Shown: positions 27,850 to 36,427, counted from the first letter of the stretch. The stretch: DNA of 64,000 nt from an uncultured virus (IMG/VR IMGVR_UViG_3300007734_000756) (IMGVR_UViG_3300007734_000756); one strand, 5' to 3'. Notes: generated from the letters alone by a model not told the origin. Numbers and translations: made by a program.

Positions 27850-28265
27850 TGACTCAGTAGCCTTCAGGTCGCCCAAGGGGTGGAGCGCAGCCCATCCCCC
27901 GCCCCAGCGGCACTTAGGTCGTGCAGCCCAGGCTACCCGGAGGCAGCGATTCGTTCATCACAGGCCTTGTCTACCACCCTTGTACCTGTGACTACTCCAG
28001 TCCCTCGCTGACAGGCTGGATACGGACAACCGGGGGTGTACGGTGCCGTGTGTTTCCTTCCGCGCAGCCCATTCAGGCTCTTGATCTCGCTCGGAGTGCG
28101 GGTAAGTCGGCACCAAAAGAAAAACCCTCATGGGGGAAGGCTTTAGGCTTGGTTGCCGCCCCTTGGTTGGTCTAACCACCTTCCAAGTGCTTTGACGAAG
28201 CCTGCCCGCATGAGGGTTCAGGATCGCAGGTTAGTGCTTTTACCGGATTACCAGCCCGGCAAGTG
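27850..28265 (-). ncRNA. Putative long structured non-coding RNA or origin region
   Basis: No credible ORF; upstream consensus promoter; multiple stems incl. 28123-28218; boundaries approximate. Confidence 0.5.
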
Positions 28266-28270
28266 GTTAA

Positions 28271-28300
28271 ATCTTATCAAGCCGCTTCAAGGCTTGTCAA
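28271..28300 (-). promoter_or_regulatory. Sigma70-type promoter
   Basis: TTGACA-18-TAAGAT with TG extended -10. Confidence 0.7.
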
Positions 28301-28371
28301 GTGCCGGTCTTTCCCGGCTGCCAACTAGCCCCCATCTTGAGGAGACTAACCTTCACAGGGTGGAGATGTGA

Positions 28372-28917
28372 CTAGCTGCCGGTGTTATTGGCCACCTCCG
28401 GCTGGGCAAACTCCGAGAGCAATCGTACATCAAAAACGAAGCTCTCCTTGGCGTTGCCACCCGTATCACTGATACGCCGCTGGTATCGAATCTTCTGGAC
28501 GCCGGCTGCCTTGATCGCTCGACGAATGTCAGACAGGAACCCGGCATACGTCCTGTGCATGGGCTCCACCTTCTTGTCGTTCCACTCGGTCACATCCCAC
28601 TTCACATCAAAGATCACCAAGATGTTGGGATACAGCTTGGCATATCGCTGGCCATCTTTGACGTTGAAGGTCACTGTGTACTGCGGATCCAGCCCGTAAA
28701 GTTCCCGCGCCATGAACAGCGGCGTCCTGACGGTTTTGAGATCCGATGGCACCGTCACAAACAGATCGTGCGCAAACGGATCGTCGTCCTTCTCTATGTT
28801 TATACCGCCCGAGAACCCGAACTTTCTCAGTCGCCTGGCAAACTCCACCTCCGCCTTCGCGCCGGCCTCGCACCAGGCGGCCTTATCCTCGGTCGGTAAG
28901 TGCTCTGACCACATCAT
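28372..28917 (-). CDS. Putative PD-(D/E)XK-fold nuclease
   Basis: E...HDL...DLKT spacing; likely start MMWSEH. Confidence 0.45.
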   Translation of the reverse strand: MMWSEHLPTEDKAAWCEAGAKAEVEFARRLRKFGFSGGINIEKDDDPFAHDLFVTVPSDLKTVRTPLFMARELYGLDPQYTVTFNVKDGQRYAKLYPNILVIFDVKWDVTEWNDKKVEPMHRTYAGFLSDIRRAIKAAGVQKIRYQRRISDTGGNAKESFVFDVRLLSEFAQPEVANNTGS

Positions 28918-29146
28918 TAAGCACCGATAGCTCGGTCTTCTTGGCGACGTTCCACATGGCTCGCCGGCCATGGATCCCGTTGTGACTACCTTGATGACAG
29001 TCCTTACACAACGGAATGCACAGGTAGTGCAACCCCTGCTCGATGTGGTGCGCGTCCGAGGGCGCAGCTGCTCCACACACACCACATGGCAGGGACTTCA
29101 CGGCGGCAAGATGATCGCGGTCGCGGTCTGACAGTTTGCTACGCAT
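28883..29146 (-). CDS. Zn-binding HNH-like (DUF968/Ref-like) protein
   Basis: LPCGVCG...DAHHI...IPLCKDCHQG..GIH. Confidence 0.7.
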   Translation of the reverse strand: MRSKLSDRDRDHLAAVKSLPCGVCGAAAPSDAHHIEQGLHYLCIPLCKDCHQGSHNGIHGRRAMWNVAKKTELSVLNDVVRALTDRG

Positions 29147-29478
29147 CAGTCATCGTACCCGCGAGCATGGGGATAGCTTGTTTGATATGTGCTCGTTGGC
29201 CATACCGCCTTGGGGACGACACGCTCAACTGGCCGCTCAACTGGCCGCTCAATAACTTGCTCAACAGGCTGAGCCTCGGGCTCGTCGCCTAATTTCTTTG
29301 ACCAGACAATCTGTCCTTTAACCTGATCCCGGTTCAAATACCCAAACTCATACAACATCCTGAGGTACGTCGTCGCAGTAGACCGCGCCATGGAAAATTG
29401 ATACGCCACAACCTTGGCTGTCACAGGCTTCTTGCGCTCTGATACAAACTTCAATACTCGTTCAGTTTTTGGACTCAT
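29146..29478 (-). CDS. Winged-HTH protein with PVER repeats
   Basis: VTAKVVAYQFSMARSTATTYLRML; 12-bp tandem repeats near 29222-29268. Confidence 0.6.
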   Translation of the reverse strand: MSPKTERVLKFVSERKKPVTAKVVAYQFSMARSTATTYLRMLYEFGYLNRDQVKGQIVWSKKLGDEPEAQPVEQVIERPVERPVERVVPKAVWPTSTYQTSYPHARGYDD

Positions 29479-29479
29479 T

Positions 29480-29662
29480 TCAATCCTTGTACAGTGGAAT
29501 CCACGATGGCGGAAGGTTGGCGCCGTTGGTGCGAAAACGCATGGACACAGGGTGATACCAACAAAAAGGCGTTCTGGCTGCTTTGGCTTTCTCCAGCTCG
29601 ATGATCTTGTCTATCGCGTTCCGGGCAATCATCGCTAGATCGGAGGTTAGCTGGTCAGTCAT
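29480..29662 (-). CDS. Hypothetical protein
   Basis: Packed ORF ending WIPLY. Confidence 0.5.
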   Translation of the reverse strand: MTDQLTSDLAMIARNAIDKIIELEKAKAARTPFCWYHPVSMRFRTNGANLPPSWIPLYKD

Positions 29663-29982
29663 GAGTTCCTAGCCTTCAAAATTGCTTCCAAGTACCGAGC
29701 ATTTGCGATACACCATCCCCTAGGGTCTTGTGACCAATCGTTAGGTGTTTCGTATTCAACATGACAAAACCCTTGATGAATCTCCTCATCCGTCAGCCCT
29801 TGCCATTGGCGCGGTAACGGGGTTGAGACAAGCTCTTGCGCCTGCTCGATTGCAGCGCGGAGAGCGGTGATTGCTGCCTCGCATTCCCGTGTCATAGACG
29901 GCGACCACGATTCGCTGCTGGTGTAAAACACCGCTTCTTCTAATGCCTCCAGCGCCAGCTTTAGTGCTTCGTCTTTGGTCAT
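29659..29982 (-). CDS. Hypervariable small-ORF family member
   Basis: KDEALKLALEAL and LTDEEI shared with neighbours; AAGGAG RBS. Confidence 0.65.
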   Translation of the reverse strand: MTKDEALKLALEALEEAVFYTSSESWSPSMTRECEAAITALRAAIEQAQELVSTPLPRQWQGLTDEEIHQGFCHVEYETPNDWSQDPRGWCIANARYLEAILKARNS

Positions 29983-29993
29983 GATTTCTCCTT

Positions 29994-30650
29994 TTATTCT
30001 TGGTTCACAGACCAGTAGTGCAGTTTTGTCATCTCTAGCACACCGATCACCGTGGCGATTGTCATGTGGTCGTACTTGGGTGCGTTGATGACGTCTCTTA
30101 GCTCATTCATTAAATCCACACCCATGGCTTTTTGGTCTGACGATGGGATGACGGTTAAGCTGGGTTGCTTGCTCATCTCTCGCTCCTTAATAGCGTGTGC
30201 GGCTTCAATGGCTCGGGCGAATGCCACGCAACTTCCGGGAGGCCACGGTTGTGCCCCAAACGTTCTGGCCATGTCTAGCGCCTCCTCATCCGTCAGTGGC
30301 TTGCGCTGTGGTGGGGTGGTGTAGAGAGGCTCCCAATTACCCCCCGTTGGTTTGCCAACAATCTTGATTGAAAGTTTTCCGTCAGGCAGTGTGGAAAACC
30401 ACGCCACAGGCTCTTGCTCTGGCTTGCCTATGCCAACACCAGTCTGCACAAGGGTGATGCGCTCTAAATCCCCTTGTGCGTTCTCCATCAGCCGATGGTC
30501 TGATGTGGCGCTGTATGGCTGTGATGGCTGCTCTACCAGTGCTTCGCGGATGGCTTTTTGTGCCAACTTAGCAACAGGGAATGGCATAGCCTCGTCAATC
30601 TGCTTTAACGCCTCCAGCGCCAGCTTCAGCGCCTCGTCTTTCTTGCTCAT
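29994..30650 (-). CDS. Hypervariable family member fused in frame to a downstream ORF
   Basis: Start MSKKDEALKL; internal AAGGAG...ATG before MSKQPSL. Confidence 0.6.
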   Translation of the reverse strand: MSKKDEALKLALEALKQIDEAMPFPVAKLAQKAIREALVEQPSQPYSATSDHRLMENAQGDLERITLVQTGVGIGKPEQEPVAWFSTLPDGKLSIKIVGKPTGGNWEPLYTTPPQRKPLTDEEALDMARTFGAQPWPPGSCVAFARAIEAAHAIKEREMSKQPSLTVIPSSDQKAMGVDLMNELRDVINAPKYDHMTIATVIGVLEMTKLHYWSVNQE

Positions 30651-30949
30651 GTCTGTTCTCCTGTAATGCCGTGTGCGGCTTCTATGGCTCGGGCAAAGTC
30701 TTGCTGATCGTAGTAGGGTGATGTGTTTTGCCACAGGACTTCAATCTCCTCATCTGTTAGCGGCTTGCGCTGCGGGCAGCAATGCCCGCACCTTGGGCAA
30801 TCGATAACGTACTCCTGCTCAGGCTGCGCCAGCCTCTCGCGCAGGGTGGTGATGGCAGCCTTGGCGCGGTCAGACTGCCATTGGCTGTTGTTGCTCCATG
30901 CGATTTCACCAAACGCATCCAGCGCCTGTTTCATTGCGTCAATGCTCAT
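30647..30949 (-). CDS. Hypervariable small-ORF family member
   Basis: QRKPLTDEEI, FARAIEAAH, CPRCGHCC. Confidence 0.65.
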   Translation of the reverse strand: MSIDAMKQALDAFGEIAWSNNSQWQSDRAKAAITTLRERLAQPEQEYVIDCPRCGHCCPQRKPLTDEEIEVLWQNTSPYYDQQDFARAIEAAHGITGEQT

Positions 30950-31170
30950 GCGTACCCATCCTTAACAACTTTGTGCAGTGCTTCAGTCAGCGCACCGATC
31001 AGTTGCAGCCGGTCTTGCGTAGCACTTGTCTTGATCTTGAACTGACCACGATCTTTCCAGAACAAGACAATGATTGCTGTGTCTGGGTTTTCGTCGATAG
31101 CTTCATAGAGTATTTCCGCTGCGGCTTCTTTGTACTTGTCTGTGATTGCTACTGGTTGTAGTTTGGTCAT
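30946..31170 (-). CDS. Hypothetical protein
   Basis: ATGA-coupled; GGAGG RBS. Confidence 0.6.
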   Translation of the reverse strand: MTKLQPVAITDKYKEAAAEILYEAIDENPDTAIIVLFWKDRGQFKIKTSATQDRLQLIGALTEALHKVVKDGYA

Positions 31171-31367
31171 TTTCCCTCCGCTTTCTTTTTGAGCGCCGCC
31201 GTCACATCTTTAAGATATTCCGATGCGCGGTACGCATACAGTTCTTTCAATAGTTCTTGATTCAATTCATACAACCGGCGTAACTCGGCAGCGGCTTGCG
31301 CCTGATGGTCGTACTCGGCAACACGCTCCATCTCGTCAGCCAGTCTCAATGCTTCTGGTTGTGTCAT
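31167..31367 (-). CDS. Hypothetical protein
   Basis: QPEALRLAD..AAAELRRL; ATGA-coupled. Confidence 0.6.
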   Translation of the reverse strand: MTQPEALRLADEMERVAEYDHQAQAAAELRRLYELNQELLKELYAYRASEYLKDVTAALKKKAEGK

Positions 31368-31732
31368 TCTTCCACCCGTTCATAAGTCGCCTCAAAGATG
31401 TCAGGCTTGCATGGATAGTGTTCGCCCTTCACGCCGGTGATAATCCAGTCGCCGGGGCAGACGATGTGGCCGCCCTCAAGCGTGTCAATCCATCCGTGCT
31501 CGTGCATGATCTGCTCGCAGTGTTTACATTCCATGCCGCCGTCCACGTTGGGGTGACGGTAGTAGCGCACGATGTCGCCTTCCCAGTTGTTGGCTCTGCG
31601 ATGCTCGGCAGGTATGCTGATTAGCCGTCCGTTTTGAAACCCACTTTGCTCGCTTGAGTAGTCCAGCGGGTGATCGCCGTTCTTAAACCACTGCGTAGCC
31701 TCGATGACTACGGGTTTTTTGCGGAACTTCAT
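31364..31732 (-). CDS. Widespread phage protein (RKKPVVIEA / PGDYG-like family)
   Basis: FRKKPVVIEA...TLEG...PGDWII.GVKGEHYPCKPDIF. Confidence 0.75.
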   Translation of the reverse strand: MKFRKKPVVIEATQWFKNGDHPLDYSSEQSGFQNGRLISIPAEHRRANNWEGDIVRYYRHPNVDGGMECKHCEQIMHEHGWIDTLEGGHIVCPGDWIITGVKGEHYPCKPDIFEATYERVEE

Positions 31733-31986
31733 TTCTCCCCCATTGCTCGAATAGCTGCGGATATTTCTGAACCAGTAGCCGGAACATCATTTCGTTGTGA
31801 GGCGACCCATGCGGCTATGCTTTCACGCTCGGCAGCAGCGACAAGAGCGGCAAAGCGTTCAAGCTCGTCTGATATTTCGTCATCGCTCCCCGTGTAGATT
31901 CCGCCGCGCCCCAAGATTTCTTCGCTTGGCAATAGCGCATCGAACCCAGCCTCTTTCGCCATCCTGATGATGTCATCTCTGTTCAC
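31729..31986 (-). CDS. Hypothetical protein
   Basis: DDIIRMAKEAG...LERFAALVAAAERE. Confidence 0.65.
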   Translation of the reverse strand: MNRDDIIRMAKEAGFDALLPSEEILGRGGIYTGSDDEISDELERFAALVAAAERESIAAWVASQRNDVPATGSEISAAIRAMGEK

Positions 31987-32149
31987 GTTTCTTCTCCGCT
32001 TCCATCTCGCGTAGATCCATCGCTGCGTCGGCTACGCCATGCCAGTCAGACCGCGCTACCATCACCAGCAGGTACTCGATCATCACCCTGCGCTGAGTTT
32101 CGTAATTGGCGTAGTCCGGGTTAAACGTAGTTTCGTATTCGTCAACCAT
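31973..32149 (-). CDS. Hypothetical protein
   Basis: AAGGAG RBS; DWHGVADAAMDLRE. Confidence 0.6.
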   Translation of the reverse strand: MVDEYETTFNPDYANYETQRRVMIEYLLVMVARSDWHGVADAAMDLREMEAEKKREQR

Positions 32150-32327
32150 GTCGTTGCTCCTTGGGCAGGTGCACATCAAACGCGCGTTCTGTGTTGACTT
32201 CCGTATTCAGAGTCTTAAAGAACTGCCACTTCTCTTTGATCTTTGGGTCTTCACTCGGCGGCGTCCAGCCAAACTCGCGCCACGTTGCCTGAACATCCGT
32301 CGTCCGCTTGTACTTAGGCATATTCAT
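32142..32327 (-). CDS. Hypothetical protein
   Basis: TDVQATWREFGWTPPSE motif. Confidence 0.6.
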   Translation of the reverse strand: MNMPKYKRTTDVQATWREFGWTPPSEDPKIKEKWQFFKTLNTEVNTERAFDVHLPKEQRHG

Positions 32328-32571
32328 GTTGAGTCTCCATGTGGTTGAACACTTCCTGCTCTAGCCTTTGAACATCATCAGGCGACAACTTCTCATCAAG
32401 CCATGCCGCCCGATAACCCTTGCGATCCAAAAGTTCCCACGTTCCAAACCCACCTTCATCCGGGTAACAGTGTTCCGGTCGCCCATAGAGTTGGCCTGGC
32501 CGATGTCGCTCCCATGAGGTCACGCGCACCCGGCAAGGGATGCCGCCCACTTGCGTATCAAACTCTTTCAT
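32314..32571 (-). CDS. Hypothetical protein
   Basis: GIPC...PEHCYP...LDRKGYRAAWL. Confidence 0.65.
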   Translation of the reverse strand: MKEFDTQVGGIPCRVRVTSWERHRPGQLYGRPEHCYPDEGGFGTWELLDRKGYRAAWLDEKLSPDDVQRLEQEVFNHMETQHEYA

Positions 32572-33179
32572 CGCTTCACCTTCTTGATGGCAACCTGATA
32601 ACTAATGTGAAGGACAACAATCTCCCCGCCAAAGATGTTCATGAACGCATCAATCGCAACCTTAGGGCGCTGTAGCGGCTTCCTGGGGTCGCCCCACAGA
32701 TAGTCATCAAACACCAGCACACCGTTCGTGCGGAGCAGCTGCCAAGCCATGCACGCATCCGTCAGGACATCGTGAGCCAAGTGGCTGCCGTCGATGTAAA
32801 TAAAGTCCATGAGCTGCTCGTCAGACTTCATCCACCGCAGCTGATGTGCGAGCGCATCGGTCGAGGTGGTTTTGATCTTGTGAATCGCTGGACATCCCAA
32901 CCTGGATTTGGCTTGGGCAATGTTGGCGTCGAACCGCTCCTCAACCTGCTTCATGTTAATGCTGGAGTGTTCTGCGCCACCCTCCCAAGTGTCTACTAAG
33001 AAAATATGGTCGGATGGCCTGGCCATGTTCTCAATGATCCACACCGCGCTTCGGCCCTCAAACGAACCAATCTCCAGAAACCTGCGAGAAGGCCTGTCAG
33101 GAAGGTGCTTGACAAGCTCTGGCCACAGCACAGGGCCAAGCTGAAACCAATCCTCGGTAAAGTTATAAGGAGCGCTCAT
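32568..33179 (-). CDS. Class I SAM-dependent methyltransferase (Methyltransf_24-like)
   Basis: LEIGSFEGRSA, VDTW, DFIYIDGSH, FDDY. Confidence 0.85.
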   Translation of the reverse strand: MSAPYNFTEDWFQLGPVLWPELVKHLPDRPSRRFLEIGSFEGRSAVWIIENMARPSDHIFLVDTWEGGAEHSSINMKQVEERFDANIAQAKSRLGCPAIHKIKTTSTDALAHQLRWMKSDEQLMDFIYIDGSHLAHDVLTDACMAWQLLRTNGVLVFDDYLWGDPRKPLQRPKVAIDAFMNIFGGEIVVLHISYQVAIKKVKR

Positions 33180-33457
33180 GGCTTTTCCAGCTCCAAGATA
33201 CGCTCTGACAAAATGGCCCCAATGTCCCTACCCTTAACGGCCACCATCTGAGCTTCTTGACAGTCGTATACCACCTGCGCCGCGTCCCGAACGCCCTTGA
33301 TGTATCCACTCTTAAAGGTGTCTGAGCCGGCCAGAATCATCGCCACCGCATCCCGGATCAACCGAGAGGCTTGTCGCGTTTTAGCCATCTCCTTCATCTG
33401 CGCGTGCAGCTCGGGCGGCAGATAGACCGAATACGGAATCAGTCTTTGCTTATCCAT
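33176..33457 (-). CDS. Ribbon-helix-helix DNA-binding protein
   Basis: PYSVYLPPELHAQMK...ASRLIRDAV pattern. Confidence 0.6.
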   Translation of the reverse strand: MDKQRLIPYSVYLPPELHAQMKEMAKTRQASRLIRDAVAMILAGSDTFKSGYIKGVRDAAQVVYDCQEAQMVAVKGRDIGAILSERILELEKP

Positions 33458-33861
33458 TGAGAAAACTCCATTCGTATAGTTTCAAGACGCACCCTCGCCT
33501 CGTGGTTGGTTTTGAGGTCGGCGCGCGAGGCCACCCCAAGGTAGTCTCGCAGCCAATCGGTTGCTTCCTTCTCGGTCGCACCAAGGATCTGGTTGTCCTC
33601 GTGCAAGAACTCCCAGAACTTTGGATCCCTGCACAACACCCCCGCTATCTTGATAGCCCGAGAACCGGCAAATTCATCCTGCCGATCCATGGGCTGCTCG
33701 TTCGTGTTAAGCCGAACCATGACCACTTGATAGCGTGATCCAACAAAGTCACGAAGCAGGTCTTCCGGGATTTCATCCGGGTGCAGACATAACGTCAGCA
33801 CATAGCCCGTCTTGTCCTGCTTCAGTGCAACCTTGACGGCCTCAAAGTTGAGCGTCTTCAT
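33439..33861 (-). CDS. Hypothetical protein
   Basis: 140-aa packed ORF; LCRDPKFWEFL. Confidence 0.65.
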   Translation of the reverse strand: MKTLNFEAVKVALKQDKTGYVLTLCLHPDEIPEDLLRDFVGSRYQVVMVRLNTNEQPMDRQDEFAGSRAIKIAGVLCRDPKFWEFLHEDNQILGATEKEATDWLRDYLGVASRADLKTNHEARVRLETIRMEFSQWISKD

Positions 33862-34118
33862 CAGAACGGAACCGGCTCGTTACCCCCCGGCTTGACATAC
33901 GGGGCCGACACGGAAATCGACAGGCACTTTTTGCCGCCTATCACCTTGTCCCAACCGGCAATTTGCAGCTTCACTAAATCGCCGGCTGTTTTGTCGATCA
34001 TGTCCTGAAGAAAGATGCGGTCGATAAACACATCGCCACGAACGTCAGGATGGTTCGCCGCCGCCTTGCGGTCGTTGGGCCACAGTGTTCCGGTATTAGG
34101 CTTGGGTTGATAGCTCAT
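33861..34118 (-). CDS. Putative small ssDNA-binding protein (DUF736-like)
   Basis: HPDVRG...IAGW...LSISV; C-terminal VPF like SSB tails; next to erf. Confidence 0.55.
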   Translation of the reverse strand: MSYQPKPNTGTLWPNDRKAAANHPDVRGDVFIDRIFLQDMIDKTAGDLVKLQIAGWDKVIGGKKCLSISVSAPYVKPGGNEPVPF

Positions 34119-34783
34119 GATTTCTCGCTAAAACGTGATTTGGCCTCAGTGAAATTGGCCATGAGGGTTTTGAAGAAAGAGGCGTCTTGCGTCTTGACGG
34201 CATCAAACAACTGCTTGTTCTTGCGGAACAGCTGCATTACATCGTCTTCGCTTTGGGCCATGTCTAGCGCGGTTTTGCACGCCGACTCAATGACATCAAG
34301 CCAGGCATTCACATCCCCATCGGGAGCAAGGCTTGCCTTGATTTGCCAGTCGCCAGGCTGCCCAACAATCTTGGCTGGCGGCTTTGCGGCTGGCTTGGGC
34401 TGCTCCTTGGGCGGCTCTGAGGCGTCAATGATGTCGTGCTCGACAATCTCCATGGCGGCCAGCCAAAGGTAGCGACGCTGGTAGCTCTCCACCGCACCCA
34501 GGTTCTGAATGGGATGCGCGCCCTTGAGGTTTGCATCAGCCATAGGGCTGGTGATGAGGATGACCCCCTCGTTCTCGGTATCCATGATGGTGAGCGTCGC
34601 CAACTCTTGGGTGAACGACACCACGCTGGCCAAACCAAGATCGCTGAAGATTTTCATCGTCTGAGGAAGAAAGTCGCCAAGCTCAAAGTATTTGTAGCCG
34701 GCAAACTTGTTCTCCCCTGACTTCTTCAACTCCATGCCTTGCAGCCTGATCCGCGCTTGCATAAGTTTTGAGTAGACAGACAT
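34115..34783 (-). CDS. erf: ERF-family ssDNA annealing protein
   Basis: KKSGENKFAGYKYFELGD; QNLGAVESYQRRYL. Confidence 0.85.
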   Translation of the reverse strand: MSVYSKLMQARIRLQGMELKKSGENKFAGYKYFELGDFLPQTMKIFSDLGLASVVSFTQELATLTIMDTENEGVILITSPMADANLKGAHPIQNLGAVESYQRRYLWLAAMEIVEHDIIDASEPPKEQPKPAAKPPAKIVGQPGDWQIKASLAPDGDVNAWLDVIESACKTALDMAQSEDDVMQLFRKNKQLFDAVKTQDASFFKTLMANFTEAKSRFSEKS

Positions 34784-35077
34784 TTACTTCCCCTTGGGCG
34801 GGCGACCGCGACGCTTGGGAGTAACAGTGTTACTCACCACCTTGACCGGAGTAACAGTGTTACTCGGTGCCTTGGCCAGCTCTAGCTCAATTAGCTTCTC
34901 CAAGTAGTGCTGCGCCTTGAGAAGATCCAGTACGCCACCCTTGGCGTGGTGCCGGCTGACGTACTTGATGACGTTGCCCTCAAAGAACCCCAGCTTGTTG
35001 GCCGCGATAAAGTCCCACGGTTGAATCGGGGCTGTCTTGTAATGCACCCCGCCGACTTGCACCTCGTTTGCTGACAT
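34784..35077 (-). CDS. DUF3310-family protein with C-terminal AT-hook
   Basis: QVGGVHY...EGNVIKYVSR...DLLKAQHYL; tail KRRGRPPK. Confidence 0.8.
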   Translation of the reverse strand: MSANEVQVGGVHYKTAPIQPWDFIAANKLGFFEGNVIKYVSRHHAKGGVLDLLKAQHYLEKLIELELAKAPSNTVTPVKVVSNTVTPKRRGRPPKGK

Positions 35078-35079
35078 GA

Positions 35080-35964
35080 TTACTCCTCAATCCATCCATC
35101 TTGATAATCCCGCCATTGCTGGCAGTACCCATTTACGGGGCAGAAGTTGGCGCAGCGGGTTCTCTCCCCCGGCCTAACCTCCACCTCGTAGTCAGCACCA
35201 AGTTTCTCCACGGCCACCCTGGCGTCCTCTGCGGTGGCGTGTAACGTCTTGGCGCGAACCCCTCCCTTCTTCCGAACTGCATAGATCGTTGGCTTCTCCC
35301 ACATATCTTCAGAAGAGCACCGGGGCAGCTGCTCGCCCGCCTCCATGGCGAACTCACAAGCCGAGTGCTGTGCAATCCGGTGCAGGACAAACGCCTCTCG
35401 GTCTGCCATCGGCCACAACCGGATGGGGAGCTCCTTGACGGGCGCCTCCGGGTAGCCCTCGCGGGTAGTGGAGTCCCGCCGGTTCCAATCACGGATGATG
35501 GCCACAATCCCCAAGTCCCTGACCAGCACGCCCTTCACTTTCTCCACCAAAAAGGCGTAAATGTTCAGCTGCTGCTCCCACTCAATCTTCTCGTTCATGA
35601 CCGACCATGCCGAGGTGGTCTTATAGTCACGCACACTGATCGTGCCGTCGTCGTTCTTGATCTGCAAATCAATGGCCCCGCTGATGCGCCACCCATCTAG
35701 TTCGGCATGGATGCGCTCCTCAACAACGTGGTTCGGATCCTTGCCATGCTCCAACACGGAATGGACGGCAGACCCAAAGATTGACCACACCATGTCTGCG
35801 GCGTCTTCCTCTAGCTCATCCTGAAACTTATTGCTTAACGCGACAATTTTTGGAGAGTTGATAAGCTGGGTAACACTGAGATTGGCGCGGCCCTTGGAGT
35901 AGGTCGGGCGCTTCAATACGTTGACAATTGTCTGCGGCAGGTTGTGCTTGTTGGTAATCTTCAT
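35080..35964 (-). CDS. PD-(D/E)XK (RecB/Cas4-like) exonuclease
   Basis: GSAVHSVLE, SGAIDL, DYKT, QLNIY, terminal Cys cluster; AAGGAG RBS before MKITN. Confidence 0.8.
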   Translation of the reverse strand: MKITNKHNLPQTIVNVLKRPTYSKGRANLSVTQLINSPKIVALSNKFQDELEEDAADMVWSIFGSAVHSVLEHGKDPNHVVEERIHAELDGWRISGAIDLQIKNDDGTISVRDYKTTSAWSVMNEKIEWEQQLNIYAFLVEKVKGVLVRDLGIVAIIRDWNRRDSTTREGYPEAPVKELPIRLWPMADREAFVLHRIAQHSACEFAMEAGEQLPRCSSEDMWEKPTIYAVRKKGGVRAKTLHATAEDARVAVEKLGADYEVEVRPGERTRCANFCPVNGYCQQWRDYQDGWIEE

Positions 35965-35982
35965 GTGATCTCCTTGAAGCAG

Positions 35983-36011
35983 ATTGTCGGGCATAACAAA
36001 GCCCTTGTCAA
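35983..36011 (-). promoter_or_regulatory. Sigma70-type promoter of the recombination operon
   Basis: TTGACA-17-GACAAT. Confidence 0.65.
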
Positions 36012-36073
36012 CAGTCTATACCCATTCCGGGTCATGTGTTGCATCATAGGGTAACAGGTGTTACTCTGTACCC

Positions 36074-36427
36074 ATGAAACCAATCCAATTGCTTCTGCCG
36101 TGGCCGCCGAGCGTCAACCATTACTGGTTGTCTCGGGGCAATGCCCGTTTCATCGGCAAGGCTGGCAGGGCGTTCCGCCAGGCCGTAGCTGAAGAATGCG
36201 CCGGCCAGGAGGTGATGGCGCTAGAGGGACGGTTGGCTGTGTATGTGTCTCTGTTCCCGCCCGACAAGCGGGCGAGAGACATTGACAACATCTTAAAGGC
36301 GTTGCTCGATGCTTGCGAGCACGCCGGCTGTTACACCTCAGACAATCAAATCGACGAGCTGCACGTCGTGCGGCAGGGCGTCCAGAAGGGCGGTCACTGC
36401 ACCGTTGTGATTGTGCCCATCACCTGA
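36074..36427 (+). CDS. rusA: Holliday junction resolvase RusA
   Basis: LPWPPSVNHYW, PPDKRARDIDNILKALLDA, DNQID. Confidence 0.92.
   Translation: MKPIQLLLPWPPSVNHYWLSRGNARFIGKAGRAFRQAVAEECAGQEVMALEGRLAVYVSLFPPDKRARDIDNILKALLDACEHAGCYTSDNQIDELHVVRQGVQKGGHCTVVIVPIT

Noticed and set aside
27921..28371. Short ORFs 27921..28175, 27958..28179 and 28153..28371
   Set aside because: No clear RBS or recognisable motifs; region better explained by RNA/DNA structure
31364..31732. Named anti-defence nucleotide sponge
   Set aside because: Family is recognisable, but I cannot assign it to a characterised sponge without a search
35080..35964. Cas4 of a CRISPR system
   Set aside because: Sits beside erf and an SSB-like gene; ordinary phage recombination exonuclease
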